64,000 nt of DNA from Proteromonas lacertae (taxonomy: Eukaryota), in assembly GCA_002245135.1 (NCBI GenBank), contig NGBS01000876.1, positions 1 to 64,000 on the forward strand, in the 5' to 3' direction. The notes beneath the pieces are model-generated. The model had not been told where the DNA came from. It made no database searches and saw only the letters and a program-made list of their open reading frames with translations. Shown here piece by piece: positions 1-13,103 of the stretch (positions are counted from its first letter, which is position 1; every line of letters starts with the position of its first letter). The position numbers and the translations under genes are program-made.

Positions 1-426
1 TCATCTATTGATTATATTCAAACTATTGATCGTAGACATGAGGTTCCTAATACAGGTACTTATGCTGATTTATTATGGTCCGATCCAGAGGAAGATTACA
101 AAGGATTTGGTAGAAATCCACGTGGTTGTGGTTATATTTTCGGTAGTGATGTTGCTCAGTTTTGTCAATGGAATAATTTGAATTTGATTTGTAGAGCACA
201 TCAGTTGGCTAAAGAGGGTTATAAATTCTTCTTCCCTAATCGTAACTGTTTGATCGTATGGAGTGTACCAAATTACTGCTACAGAGAAGGTAATAGAGCA
301 TCTATATTGAAAATCACTGATAATAATCTAAGTGAAATTGATGAGGAGAAGGACTTTATATTATATGATCAAACACCAGAACCTGAAGATGAAAGTACGA
401 TGAACAAACCACAATATATGTTGTAA
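1..426 (+). CDS. PP2A-family (PP6/PP4-like) Ser/Thr phosphatase catalytic subunit, 3' part (left-arm copy, 5'-truncated by window)
   Basis: DLLWSDP, RAHQL and [11 protein letters not shown] motifs; mirror of 50218-51185. Confidence 0.9.
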   Translation, partial: SSIDYIQTIDRRHEVPNTGTYADLLWSDPEEDYKGFGRNPRGCGYIFGSDVAQFCQWNNLNLICRAHQLAKEGYKFFFPNRNCLIVWSVPNYCYREGNRASILKITDNNLSEIDEEKDFILYDQTPEPEDESTMNKPQYML

Positions 427-583
427 TTATAGAATATAATATTAATAATAATATATATACACTTGTAATGTTTTGTTATGGATAAATACAGAAACACACA
501 AATAAAACAACAGTTTTCAACATAGTAGAATGTATATTAAAAGAAATCTAGAAAAAAAGTAAAGAATTAATAATTCTTTCTTT

Positions 584-1996
584 CTAAACTAATTTTCCAT
601 TACCTCCTATTATATTACACTCTTTAAATTAGCACATAAATGCTTCTTTAATTCGTTGTAAAATTTGACATATTCTAACGCATCACCACTTAATTTTTCA
701 ATTTCCATCATATAACTATCATCACTAATCTTATATAACTGTATTTCTACATATATTTTAGGTTTAGCCGTCTTCACCGATATTCCATATATATACGCTT
801 TAGGATTAACAACTTCAAATTCACTATTTTTGATCTGTTTACTTATATCCCTTAATTTCGATTCTATCACTTCAGCTTTGTTTATTAATATCAAATATAT
901 ATTCCTAGGAGTTCCATTATCACCTATTATTAATCTATTCAACGTATTTGTACCTAAAGCACTGACTATATCAAACGCAGTTAATGTTATCACTTCATTT
1001 AATGTATTAGAATCACCAGTATCATTTACATCAACTATTGCATTAGAAACTTGTTCTTTGTTGGTATTATATCTGCAGAACCATCTCCTTTATCACTACT
1101 ACCATCTTTCATTTGATATTTTTTATTTAACCATGAATCTTTTAATATTTCATCTATTTTAATTCTACTAGCTGGATCTGGATTTAATATCTTTCTAATC
1201 AATGACTTTGCACCACTACTAAACCAATTGGGAAATTTATAATCTGCTCTTTGAATCTTGTGAAATAAATCTGACATGTTTGGCTCGTCAAATGGTAAAT
1301 ATCCTGCTAATAACACAAAGAGTATCACACCATACTCCATATATCACTTATCCTACCATCATATCCTTTATCTAATAATACCTCTGGAGCTACATAATTA
1401 GGTGTACCGCAGGTGGTATGTAATAATTCACTCGATCCTTCTCCACTTCCATCACTACTACCACCACACTTGCACCTTCTGTACCATTCTCATCTTTACT
1501 ATACAAAGCTAAGACCAAAATCGGAGATTTTAAGGTTTAATTTATCATCTAATAATAAATTTTCTGGTTTCAAGTCTCGATGGCAAACGCCTTGTTCGTG
1601 ACAATATTTTACACCTTCTACAAGTTGTAAAAAGTAAAATCTAGCTTCATCTTCTGACAATCTACCTGCATTTACAATTTTATCAAATAACTCACCTCCC
1701 GTAATTAATTCCAATACTATAAAGATTTTTGTTCTACTAGCTAAGACTTCTATTAAATTAACTACGTTTTTATGCCTAACCATCTTCATTACCGATATTT
1801 CTTTTTTAATCTGGTTTCCCATATTTTGTTTCTGTATTTTTTCTTTTTCCAATATCTTAATAGCGACTTTCTCATTTGTTTCTGTATTTAACGCCATTTT
1901 CACTCTAATAACAATATACAACAATTATAAATACTTTCCAAATGTACCTTCTCCTAATGTTTTCCCTATTTCATACTTTCCTACTCGCCTTACCAT
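584..1996 (-). CDS. CIPK/SnRK3-like Ser/Thr kinase, left-arm copy with several apparent frameshifts
   Basis: Mirror of intact 48639-50060. 1-3 nt deletions near 625, 1060, 1120, 1332, 1462 and 1505 split it into ORFs 1499-1924, 1035-1340 and 610-993. Confidence 0.85.
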
Positions 1997-2242
1997 AAAA
2001 AATCGAATTTTAAAGAAAGAAGAAAAAGTTTGACTCGATTCTATCCGTTACAACAAAACACAGTTTTTTCATTCTCATTTTAACACCATATACTTAATAG
2101 AAAATGTACTTAAAATATATAAAATATAATCTAATTAAGAATATTAAATTGATCTTATCATAATATATTCCTAATTAAAATATAATTAAAAACAAATATA
2201 AAATTTTACGATTTTGAAAACCTAATTGTTTTAAATTAGTAC

Positions 2243-3284
2243 TTACAAAAATGATAGTAATATTCCTGGTTAAATTGTCATCAGCATCATAATTTCTTTA
2301 GCAATATAAAACAATTTGGAAATGATATTCTCATACTCTTCTTCAAGTGTAACATTGTAATTATCCACTATAAATTGAGCTATTTGCTCATTCTTCATGC
2401 CATCGAATATACCATCGGTTGCAAAGAACATAAAACCATTAAATTCAGGAATATATTCATATACTTCTGGTTGTGAGATTAATAAATCAGTTGGTTCTTT
2501 ATAATTAACATCACCAATGGATCTAGTCACTGATATATCAGGAAATGAGTTCATTCTACCAATACAGTTATAATCTATGATTCCACCTTTTTTAAATATA
2601 ATATCACGTTGTTCTCTCTGTTAAATATTCTACACGATGATCAGATGTGATTGACTTGACATTCAAAGATGGAGTATTAGATGAATTCTGTAACATTGGT
2701 GGAGGTAATGGTTTATCATCATTTACAACTGTGTCAGTTTTAAATACAATACATCTACAATCACCACAATTAGCAATATGTATAAGATTCTTAGACTTTT
2801 CATAGATTACACAAATTGCTGTGCTTCCTGATTCATCATTACTTTCCTTGCATTTCTTAATCACCTCTACATCAATTTGATTAAATGTCTCCATTAAAGA
2901 GGATTTTATATCACCGGAATCAGAAAATAAATCACAAAATCTTTGAATAAAATTATCTCTTAAATATTCGCTTGTTAATTTGCCATTATGACCATCAAAT
3001 ACCTATTGAAATTATTATATTAGTCATACGCAGTAGATTGACAACTCACTATCCTTAATGGTGATATTCTCTTTAAAACAATACGTGTCTTCCATCTTAT
3101 CCAATTTACCTTGCTCACTGAATATAGTACTAAAACAGCTAAGGGGATGATCAATCATATTAACATTCGTAACGTCCTTAGGACTTGGTGTTATAGGAAG
3201 TGGTTGAGCTTTTTGAGTTAATAATTTTTGAAATTGTATGTCTCTGTTATTACACAATACAGAGACGTTAGAGCCATTTTGCAT
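2243..3284 (-). CDS. PP2C (PPM) protein phosphatase, left-arm copy with apparent frameshifts
   Basis: MEDT, C^VFDGHNG, SGSTA, ANCGDCR, VTRSIGD and ATDGIFD motifs; mirror of 47353-48393. Confidence 0.88.
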
Positions 3285-3459
3285 TTAAAGAAAAATTTCG
3301 TTTTTTTTAAATCTGATCTTTACATACACCCTGTAATACTACAGCAAAAGTGATCTATTTTTTATTTTTACTTTCATTTTCACATACAACAACAATAGTA
3401 TATAATTTTAATTTACAATAAATAACAAATTGACTATTCTACGAAAATATCAAAATTCA

Positions 3460-4087
3460 TTACAAATTACCCTTCTGTTCCCATCTTTCTTTCGCTGTAA
3501 ACCTCCATGCAAGCTTAGGACCCTTTTTAGACTTCTTTTTCATAAATTTCTTCTATAACAAATAAATAAATCCCAATAATATACTCTTTTCTCTTCTAAA
3601 TAATCTGAACAATCTAAGGCTTTCTGAACTTGAGCCTTTTTGATTAGTGTTGATAATTTTCTGTTATAATACTCAGCCATATCAAGTCCTTTAATTTTAT
3701 AGCTTCTTCAATTTGCTTTTCTAAAACTGATTTTTCTGGAATGTCTATCATCATATCTGGTTGATAATTAGCTAAAAAATACTTTTCTTTCCTTAGTTTC
3801 TCTTCTTCCATCAGTTTTAATTTTTATCCTAAACTAAATTATAAAATTACCAATACCTCATCGATTTTCTCACTTTTTGGGTTATTACGTCTAAATTCTT
3901 GTACAGGTACATTTTGGGGGTCATCAAGTGCTATTAATGCTTTTTTAACTATATTATTGACTATTTTTTGTTTTCTTCTTCGGCAATCAGCATTTGCGAA
4001 ATGCACTTTGTTCTGGAGATCCATAAACTTCAACCTCCTTTGTTCATTTTTACTTAACATTTTGCGACCATTATCATTTTCTGACAT
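3460..4087 (-). CDS. FAM204A-like protein (left-arm copy)
   Basis: Mirror of 46544-47175; C-terminal KLAWRFTAKERWEQKGNL*. Confidence 0.75.
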
Positions 4088-4230
4088 GTTGCCAATCACT
4101 ATAAAACAATTTTGAAAAATACTAAATAGGTTTATGAAAATATTTTCAACCACCATATAGATTCAGTTAAATTGCGATTATATATATAATAAGCCTCAGA
4201 TTTTCACTTATTTTTATTTTTGCTTTGCTC

Positions 4231-4543
4231 ATGAATTTCGAAAGTTATGATCCTTGTTATGATTTATCTCCTCTAGATATGGATTTTCTTAGTATATTCT
4301 CCAACAAAAGTCTACAACAATGCAGTTAATCGTCCACCGTTCCCCTATACAAATGCATACACTTTGACATCACCCGATTTTATACCTAATAAGCGAATAA
4401 AGACAGATACATTATATCCAGTAGATTTAGTTAACAAATTAGTAGAAATTAAACCACCTGTTATTAGGGATCATATCGAAAATGCAATGGGATGGGATAA
4501 TCGTGGAACTTTTTGGTTAACAGAAGCAGTTCCTTCTGAATAA
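4231..4543 (+). CDS. Hypothetical ~103-aa protein (left-arm copy, one apparent +1 frameshift near 4297)
   Basis: Mirror of ORF 46088-46399; fills the gap between neighbouring genes. Confidence 0.5.
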
Positions 4544-4621
4544 GTTAATTATTATATTTCTTAATTTGTATGTGTAGGATGTTATACAGAAACAATTCAT
4601 AATTTATTATTAATAAAAATA

Positions 4622-5014
4622 TTACAAGTTTGTAGATAATTTTCTTTCAGCAGCATAGTTATGACCAATCTCTACTTTCTCACCATTTTCTTCCATTTCC
4701 ATACGAACTAATGCTTCCCTCACGAGCCCATGTCTGAACATCTGTCTTTGGGCCAAAACTATTTAATTAAAAACGATAAAATTCTTACCTCATTCCTATA
4801 ATGGCTAAACCAAAAGCAATGCCAAATCCAACATAATACATACCCTTCCATCCTTCTTCTAATGGATCTTTCTTTTGCTAAACAACATTCATTATGGATT
4901 AAAGTATACAGCTGCGAATAATGGTGCTTGTAAATCTTCAGGTACTGCTTTTTCTACAGTCTTAAAATACCTAACACCTGAACGTACTATTTGTCTGGCT
5001 GGAACACGAAACAT
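4622..5014 (-). CDS. NDUFB11: Complex I ESSS/NDUFB11-like subunit (left-arm copy, 2 introns; not in ORF track)
   Basis: Mirror of 45618-46009. Confidence 0.8.
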
Positions 5015-5095
5015 TTGATAAAAATCAAAAACCTCTATTTGGTGCCAAAATTTTGGATTAAATTCCTTTGAATTTGATTTTCTTTTTTGACTGTT

Positions 5096-7821
5096 ATGTC
5101 TGAATATTTAGCATTTTCTGGAGATGACTTCGATGTTAAGAAATGGATAAACGAAACTCTTGAGAAAACTGAAGAAGACCAACTAGATACCGCAATTACT
5201 TCTGTATTAACAAAATTGCAGTTACTTTCTGATGAAACTGGATCAGCAATTGAAGATTGTGTTGATAGATCAATAGCAGCAATTCCTCAAATCGTATTTT
5301 TCACTCTCCATTTTTTTTCTTGATAGAACCAAGAGTTACCTCTTATTCAACTTAAAATTGATGCATTAAATACTCAATTACAATCACTGTCTAGTAATTT
5401 AGTCACTAAAGATTCTGCTAATCATTCAGACGTATTATTATCCTTATTCCAACATCACAAAATATACACCAGAATGAAGTCATGTAAAGAAAGATTGAGC
5501 TGTTTATCTGATTGGAGTACGTTAATGAAAGAATTTAATCTTGCATTTGAAGCAGATAACATTAGAGAAGCATCTGGAGTATTATCACAAATCAACAATT
5601 ATCGAACAATATTAAACTACATGCCAGGGCAAAAGGAAAGAGACGAAGAGTGTGATGAGATTCAAAGAAAGTATATTTAATCTATTTATTTAGATTGTTG
5701 AATTTATTACAAATTCGATTAAAACAAGCACTACAAACAGAAGATATAGACACATTAAGAGAATATGGCGTATATTTCGACCAAATTGGACAAATCGATC
5801 AATTAGTGACTATATATTGTGAATCAAAGAATACGATATTAACAAAGTATTATTATATCTATCTAATATATAGAGAGTGGCAATCGGTGATAAATCCAGA
5901 CTCATTTGTGAAATCTTTTGAATTATTCTTAGATTCAGCTAAAAGAAGTATTCAGAAAGAACATTCTCGATGTGAAATCATATTTGGAACACTTGGAATT
6001 GAAGTAAAAGACTTATATCCACTACTACTTAATTCAATGTTATCACCATTAACATCACTCTTTGAAACGCATCTGCCATCATTACAAGTGGAAATAATAC
6101 CAAATATATTCAATATAATATTGAAATTTATTGAAAGTATATTAGTAGCATATCAAAGTAACAATAATAACAAAATACTGTATAAAGAAATGTATTACAA
6201 AATATTAACATTGTTTCCACTATTTTTAAATCCTACATATTCAGATTATGAGAATCAATTCTTGAATAAGAAATTAGATAATTTGATACTACCTGATTCT
6301 GCTTTATTAATTGAAGATATAAGTAATTATATTGATACATTCTCTTCTGATTGTGAAAACTTGAACAACACTATAACTGACTATTTCAATTACATACACT
6401 CCTCAATTGATAGAAATTTCATTAATTTTAATGGATTATATACTTCAGATTTAATTAGAATATTAAACACCAATATTCTATCATTTTATACAAAGATAAA
6501 TAATTTGATTAAGATTGTAAAAGACACTTCATCATTACCTGAGAATTCTAACTATCATCATAACTTCGTTGATATATCTATTTCCCTATTAAAGAGTGTT
6601 GAAATATTATCATATTGTTTAAATGAAACTGAAAGTATTTTAAGAGATAAGATATTCAAGACATTGAATTCAATATTAAATCCAAAAGTATAGTAATATT
6701 GATTATTATTTATTTCTATTTTATAATTAGGTGAGTGAAAATTCTGATTTCAGTTGGTCTGATCTATATTTACAGTATGAAAAGTTGAGATATTCTGAGA
6801 ATATAAAGTTATATAAAACAATCAATGATCCTAATCTCTCATTCCAATTATTGTCATCCTCATTTAAACAATTAAAACAAACAGCTGAGCAAACTACATT
6901 ATTATTATATGATTTATGTACAAGAAATTTGATTAATGATTTGAAAACAATCCATAATTCACCAGTATATATATATATATATTATTTATTATATAGATTT
7001 GGAATGATGATAGTATAATCATTAATGACACTAATCTTTTACCATCTTCAAATATAACTCACTTAGGTGAAAGTATCTTACAATTATTAGAAGTGTTAGA
7101 ACCACTAGATAATGATGAATCATCATCAGCAACACCATCATTAACTAGAACGTCCTCTTCATCTATAGATGATATAAAAAAGAGTGAATCATCTAAAACT
7201 TCTACTAATATATTGATATTTAATTGTATTAATAATATTAATTTGAGTTTATGGAAATCACTTGGTGGAGCTTTAGGAATTAATAAGAATTATATTCCAA
7301 TTGTTAAATCTAAAGATGATAATGATGTAACTTCTTCACCTTCCAATACTGTTAATAATTCAGTAGGTCCGACAAATACAACAACAATAGCAGGAGAAGA
7401 TGATGAAATAGATGAAACAATACCACCACCTCTTCAACAACAACAACAACAACCTCAAAAGAGTGATGATAAGAACATAATAACTGGTAGTATAGAATGG
7501 TTAATAATTATAAGTGAAGGATTGTTAGGTAACTATATTATGGAAATATTGAGTATTGAGAATATAAAGATACATGGTAAAAACCAATTGAATACTGATA
7601 TTAGTTATGTAAAGAATATATTTACTGCTTTAGGTTTAGAGATTGATCCAATATTCGATTTATTATCTCAATATTTACAGATTGATGTTGATGGATTGAA
7701 GAAAGAGATAGAAAGATTGAATGAGGTGTTGAGTAGTAATACAAATAATAATAGTGAGAATGTACAATTGAAAACTGAATTAGCTAAATGGTTGATTAGA
7801 ATTACTTCTACAATTAATTAA
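5096..7821 (+). CDS. COG7: Conserved oligomeric Golgi complex subunit 7, multi-exon (left-arm copy)
   Basis: N-terminal FSGDDFDVKKWIN...LTKLQL matches the COG7 start; C-terminal GKNQLNTDISYVKNIFTALG. Short GT-AG introns join ORFs 5087, 5474, 5695, 6731 and 7093. Confidence 0.88.
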
Positions 7822-7906
7822 ATATAAAATAATTATATATTGAATTATTATTTTTGAAACATACTTTATTAAAATAACAAATTATAATATAATATATATA
7901 ATCTAA

Positions 7907-9501
7907 TTAATTCACTTCTTCTCTACTTCTTTTTTCTCATTTTCTTTCATTTTCTTCGACAAAGCTTCACCATTTTTCAAATATTTCAAAATATTGTATG
8001 TAAATTTTTCATCACATTCATCATCCATACATTTTAACTATAATAATAATAATAATAATAATATATAAATTTTTATATGTTGCTCCTCCTTCTATTTTTT
8101 CTTTAACATAATCACTATAACAGTCATAACAATAAATATGACTACATTTCAAAGAAAACATTTTTGAACCTTCTGCATCTTTTTTATTGCATTTTGGACA
8201 GTCATACAATCCTTGCGCATTTACTTTACATCCTATTAAATATTCAGTCTTTGAACAATCATCTAATTCATCCTTTTCTATTAAATCATAGTAATATTTC
8301 ATTAATGATTCATCAGCTTCTTCCTGTTGCTTTTTGTCTCCTTTTATTTGTTGTTCATAATCATCTCCAAATAATTCTTTCATGTGTTGCTATATATATA
8401 ATAATTTCACAAAATATATACATCATATTCAGGAGTTCCTACAACAAATTTTGGCTCTTTCTTAATTACTGCTTGCTCAACTTCTTTTGGTTGTTCTTTT
8501 GATTTTTCTACAGTAGATTTCATCTTATTTGGATGTTTATCATTATCATCATCATCATCTGAAGAAGATGAAGAAGATGAGAATTTTCTTCTATTATGTT
8601 TGCTGACTATTTTTTTTGGTTTTTTATTAATCTCTTTATCACTTTTTTTTTCATCGTTTTTGTTAGTATTTGATTTTTCTTTTGTATTTTCATCTTCACT
8701 ATCACTATCACTTTCACTTGACTTTTTAGGTTTTGATTTTGATTTTGGTTTATCTTTTGACTCTTTATTATCATCACTTTCACTGTCATTATCATTATCA
8801 CTATCACTACCACAACTGCTTCTATGCCTTTTTATTTTAATAGTTTTTCTATTAGTAACAGGTGGGGGTGGGGGTGGTTGATATTGTTGTTGTTGTTGTG
8901 GCTGATATTGTCCAGAAGGTGGTGGTGATTGAGATTGAGGTTGTTGTATATAAACATAATAATTTCTTATTTCTTCTTCTGTAGGAATCTGAAAATTATT
9001 CTCATTTTTATAATATTCTACACTGTCTTTGTTTTCTAAATACCATTTTATATATTCCATAGAATATGTAGAATTTGTGTTTAACACAGGTGAAGTTGAA
9101 TTAACTGAAGGATCAGTGGTAGGAGGTGATACATTGACATTGATACAGTTAGTCACTGCTACATTCTCATGTGGCAGAGTAGAATTGGCAACATTAGGTT
9201 CAGAAGGATGTTGAGGTAAATTTTGATTAATTACAACATTAGAATTATTGATAGGTACAAAATTAGTTGTTTTTTCATACTTTTCAGGATGTATTTTCAT
9301 AAATTTGTTTGATTTCGTGGTCTGTGGAGCACTACTCAAATTACCACCAGCTGTTTGTCCATACATATGTATTTGAGTATTATTAACACCAGTTGTTTCC
9401 ATATAAGGATTAGTATTTATTTGGTTGTTATTTACTTGATCTAAGTTAGGTGTCAAACCTGAATATGGTGCAGGCATATTATTATAATACACAGTAGCCA
9501 T
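7907..9501 (-). CDS. Low-complexity (N/P/Q- and K/D/S-rich) protein with C-terminal RING finger (RBR RING1-like)
   Basis: CPKC...CSHIYCYDC...(intron)LKCMDDEC; 32-nt intron near 8390-8421. The second intron donor reads TT instead of GT in this copy. Confidence 0.75.
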
Positions 9502-9638
9502 ATGGACTTATATAGAAGTAAAGAAATGATAATTAAAATATTTATGTAAATACAGAATTATGTATTTGTAAATATGTAAAAACATCATTTTAACATAAAT
9601 TATTATAAATTATTATCTATCTACATCTGCATAATATA

Positions 9639-11870
9639 CTATTCATCATTATCACTATTTTCTTTAGGATTTTCATAACTTTCATTATTTATCACACTAT
9701 ACTGTTTTGTCATCTTATTTATACCTCCATTGGCCATATTACATCCACAAGCGATGATTAACAAAAAACATATTATCATCATTACAAACTTGTATGGATT
9801 TTGATTATCATTTGAATTCATTCCATTATTATCTTCTGTTGATGAATTAAACTGTCTATTTTCTATATTATACTTCACATTTGAATTATTTACATAATTA
9901 CAATAGAATATTATTGTTTTATTATAATCAATAACATCTTTTATTCTTATATTTATATGAATTGAATATTTCTTCATTTTACAATAACAATGAGTAAGAT
10001 TTAGATTAAATTTTGTCATTGACTTAAATTTGATTCTTATACATGGATTAGAAGGGATTATTGTTATATCATTTCTATGTTTATAGTCTTTATTATATTT
10101 CTTTAAGTATATTCTCCTTATTTTTTCAGTTTTTGGTATAATTATCAGTTTATATATCTTATATTTATCATACAGAGAATAAAATGGAGTTAAAAACATA
10201 ATATAGAATGTTGAGGATGAAATATAGTTATAGTTGTTATTGTAATAGCAAATATCACTCTCATGAAATGTTTTATCAAAATTCATTATCTCATTTTCTA
10301 TATAATAAGGCATATTTCTATTACAATAATATTTCATTCCATTATCTTTCTTTCCAATCAATTGATAATCATTACTTACTTTAAAACGATAAATATTGAT
10401 TGTTTCATTCTTCTGTTTATAATTACATTTGTTATTCTCATAATAACAATACAATATTGGTATTTTTTCTTCATTCATTAACACTTTCTCTGTTTCATTA
10501 TTTGTTAAACAATCTATAAGAAATGAATAACTGTTTATTACTTCCATTGATATTTTCTTGTTTGCAATTCCAATGGATATTTTTAGATTGTCTAATTCCA
10601 GAGATTTATTATAATTAAATGATAATAAATTCAAAACGGAATAACTATCTTTTATTATCATTATTATGTTATTGTCCATATTGGATATACTTCCTATTAA
10701 ATCATTTACAATTACTTTGTTATTATTATTACCATTATATACACCATTTATGCAAATATAACTCCAACTTTCACTTATTTCAAATATTATTCTTTCATTG
10801 TTTCTTATTTTGGAATTAAATAAAGAGTTTGATGATTCTGATTCTGATTTATATATTTTACCAATATAACATCCATAATTCATTGAAGAATAATCATTTT
10901 CACAATATTTAAATATAGAAATACCTTTTCTTATTATCAGATATGAATTCTTTATTGTGAGTTTTACTTGTTTATTATTATTATTGTTATTATTATTATT
11001 GATTTTATTGTTATTGTGTTGATCTTTTTTATCATCAAGATAATCAATCTCTGTTGTTATATATCCTATCATTCCACCAAAATGATTATCTATTTTCTTC
11101 ATTATCAATAAATTTGAATAGATATTTACCACATTAATATCAACAAAAGAATGTGATAAACACAAATAACTATCATATATTGATGATGATTTTATTTCTC
11201 CTATCAATATTCCACTATAACATGGATAATTCGATATATTGTAATTCAAAATATTTCCTTTTACAAATAAACCTACAAACACATTCTCATTTTCGGATAA
11301 TACAAGTTTTTGAGTTATTAAGCCTAATTTTTGATTATAATTATCAGTATTTATTGTAAGTTTATTGAAATATATTCCTATATGAAACATATTACTGTGA
11401 TATATTTCATTCGATAATATACTTGAACCAGATTGAAAGGATTTTATTATCACATTATCAGGTAAGTAAATGTGAATATTGTATAAGTAACAATGTGATA
11501 AATAACTAAATATACCATCATTATTCAATAACAAACTATGGTTAGATTCTTTTATCACTATCTTAAAATATATATTATAAAATTCAGTTTTCTCTATTGG
11601 ATCAAATAACTGTAATGAATTCAACTCATTTGTACTGTTTACAGAATAAACTAGAGTGATTAAAGACTTTTCACCAGTTCCTATCATTTTGCTAAATTTG
11701 GGTTTAAATACATGCCATTTTGACATATCGATTGTATATTTTTCATCATACAGAATAACACAACTATTTGACTTCAATTTAGTCAAAAATTCATAGTTTG
11801 CATAGTTATATTCTACAGCAATAACAGAATAAACTAATGAAAATAATAACAAAATAATCGATAAACTCAT
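9639..11870 (-). CDS. Intronless Asn/Ile-rich secreted or single-pass membrane protein (left-arm copy)
   Basis: Long uninterrupted ORF; signal-peptide-like MSLSIILLLFSLVYSVIA; C-terminal hydrophobic FVMMIICFLLIIACGC; recurring GxxIG motifs. Confidence 0.7.
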   Translation of the reverse strand: MSLSIILLLFSLVYSVIAVEYNYANYEFLTKLKSNSCVILYDEKYTIDMSKWHVFKPKFSKMIGTGEKSLITLVYSVNSTNELNSLQLFDPIEKTEFYNIYFKIVIKESNHSLLLNNDGIFSYLSHCYLYNIHIYLPDNVIIKSFQSGSSILSNEIYHSNMFHIGIYFNKLTINTDNYNQKLGLITQKLVLSENENVFVGLFVKGNILNYNISNYPCYSGILIGEIKSSSIYDSYLCLSHSFVDINVVNIYSNLLIMKKIDNHFGGMIGYITTEIDYLDDKKDQHNNNKINNNNNNNNNKQVKLTIKNSYLIIRKGISIFKYCENDYSSMNYGCYIGKIYKSESESSNSLFNSKIRNNERIIFEISESWSYICINGVYNGNNNNKVIVNDLIGSISNMDNNIIMIIKDSYSVLNLLSFNYNKSLELDNLKISIGIANKKISMEVINSYSFLIDCLTNNETEKVLMNEEKIPILYCYYENNKCNYKQKNETINIYRFKVSNDYQLIGKKDNGMKYYCNRNMPYYIENEIMNFDKTFHESDICYYNNNYNYISSSTFYIMFLTPFYSLYDKYKIYKLIIIPKTEKIRRIYLKKYNKDYKHRNDITIIPSNPCIRIKFKSMTKFNLNLTHCYCKMKKYSIHINIRIKDVIDYNKTIIFYCNYVNNSNVKYNIENRQFNSSTEDNNGMNSNDNQNPYKFVMMIICFLLIIACGCNMANGGINKMTKQYSVINNESYENPKENSDNDE

Positions 11871-11940
11871 AAAAAAAGAAAAGAAAATTATTATGGCTTG
11901 ATTTGACATTTTCGTAATTTCAAGTAAATTACACAAAAAT

Positions 11941-12988
11941 ATGTCAAATAAAGAAATCTTCACATTAGTGATAGGTGGAGGTGTATTGATGGGTTTGGGA
12001 TATTGGCTATCTAGAATAGAAAAGAAAATTCCCCTAAGAATACATCAAAGACCAAAAGAAAAAACAATTTCAACTGTTTTACCTAAAAAGAAACCATATA
12101 TATTACTATTAGGTGATAGTATAACTGAATATTCGTATTTACATATTTAATTGATGATATATTCAATAGTTTTGATAGTGAGTATAAAGGATGGGGTGCT
12201 TCTCTTGCTTATATATATCGTCATAGAGCTGATATATTGAATCGTGGTTTTTCTGGCTATAATTCTAGATTCTTATTAGAAAGTTTGAAATTGTTATATC
12301 CAGAGAATAGTGAAGATTTACCGATATTGACGATATTAATGTGTGGTACAAATGATGGTTCAATTGAATGTAATAGAATTCAGCATATAGATATTGATGA
12401 ATTTGAAGATAATATGAAAGAAATAATCGAATATTTATTAAAACTAAAATGTGATATGAGAATAATAGTTTTAACTCCAACTCCAGTTGATGATATTGCT
12501 TATAAGAACCATTGTGCAAGTGTATAATATAATATATAAAAATGAATAGATGAATGAAGAACAATTAAGAAGTAATGATGTAATGAGTGTTTATGCTGAA
12601 AGAGTAATGAAATTAAGAAAATCAATCTCAAATAACAAAAATGTTTTTATGGTTGATTTATTTAATGGAATGCAACAGAATGAGAATTGGGAAAGTTATC
12701 TCAGAGATGGTCTTCATCCAGACAGCAAAGGGAATGAATATATTTACAAAGAAATAATATCAATAATAAAGTATTTCATCATCATTTTATATTCTTTTTA
12801 TAGAAACAAATTCCCACTTTTAGATCCTGATAATATGAATGGATTACAACCATATGTATATATTTGATATGTGTAATATATTTATATCATAGTTTCCTCA
12901 TTGGAAAACCTTTGATTATGAAAATGTTAGTGAATTTCTCAAAAGGTATCATCAGAGTTATTTGGGTGAATTGAAAATATTAGAATGA
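11941..12988 (+). CDS. IAH1: IAH1-like SGNH/GDSL esterase with N-terminal hydrophobic anchor, multi-exon (left-arm copy)
   Basis: LLGDSITE, GWGA, NRGFSGYNSR, GTND, DGLHP and PHW motifs across short introns. Confidence 0.88.
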
Positions 12989-13103
12989 AGAGTTAAATAA
13001 TAATATTTGTATCATCTAAATTGTTATTGTTGATGTTAAAAATGAAAATTACCAAAACTGTGTAATAATGACCAATTATTGACATTGAAAAATTCAAAAT
13101 AAA

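Noticed and set aside
1..4300. Left-arm CIPK, PP2C, FAM204A and small-ORF copies as true pseudogenes
   Set aside because: The lesions are dense 1-3 nt indels, mostly deletions, confined to the first ~4.3 kb, with few accompanying substitutions. This looks more like low-coverage long-read consensus error near a contig end than decay; it needs a read check.
11870..11963. Apparent overlap between the 774-aa ORF start (11963) and IAH1 (11941)
   Set aside because: The ORF-track start is a non-ATG upstream extension; the signal-peptide ATG at 11870 removes the overlap.
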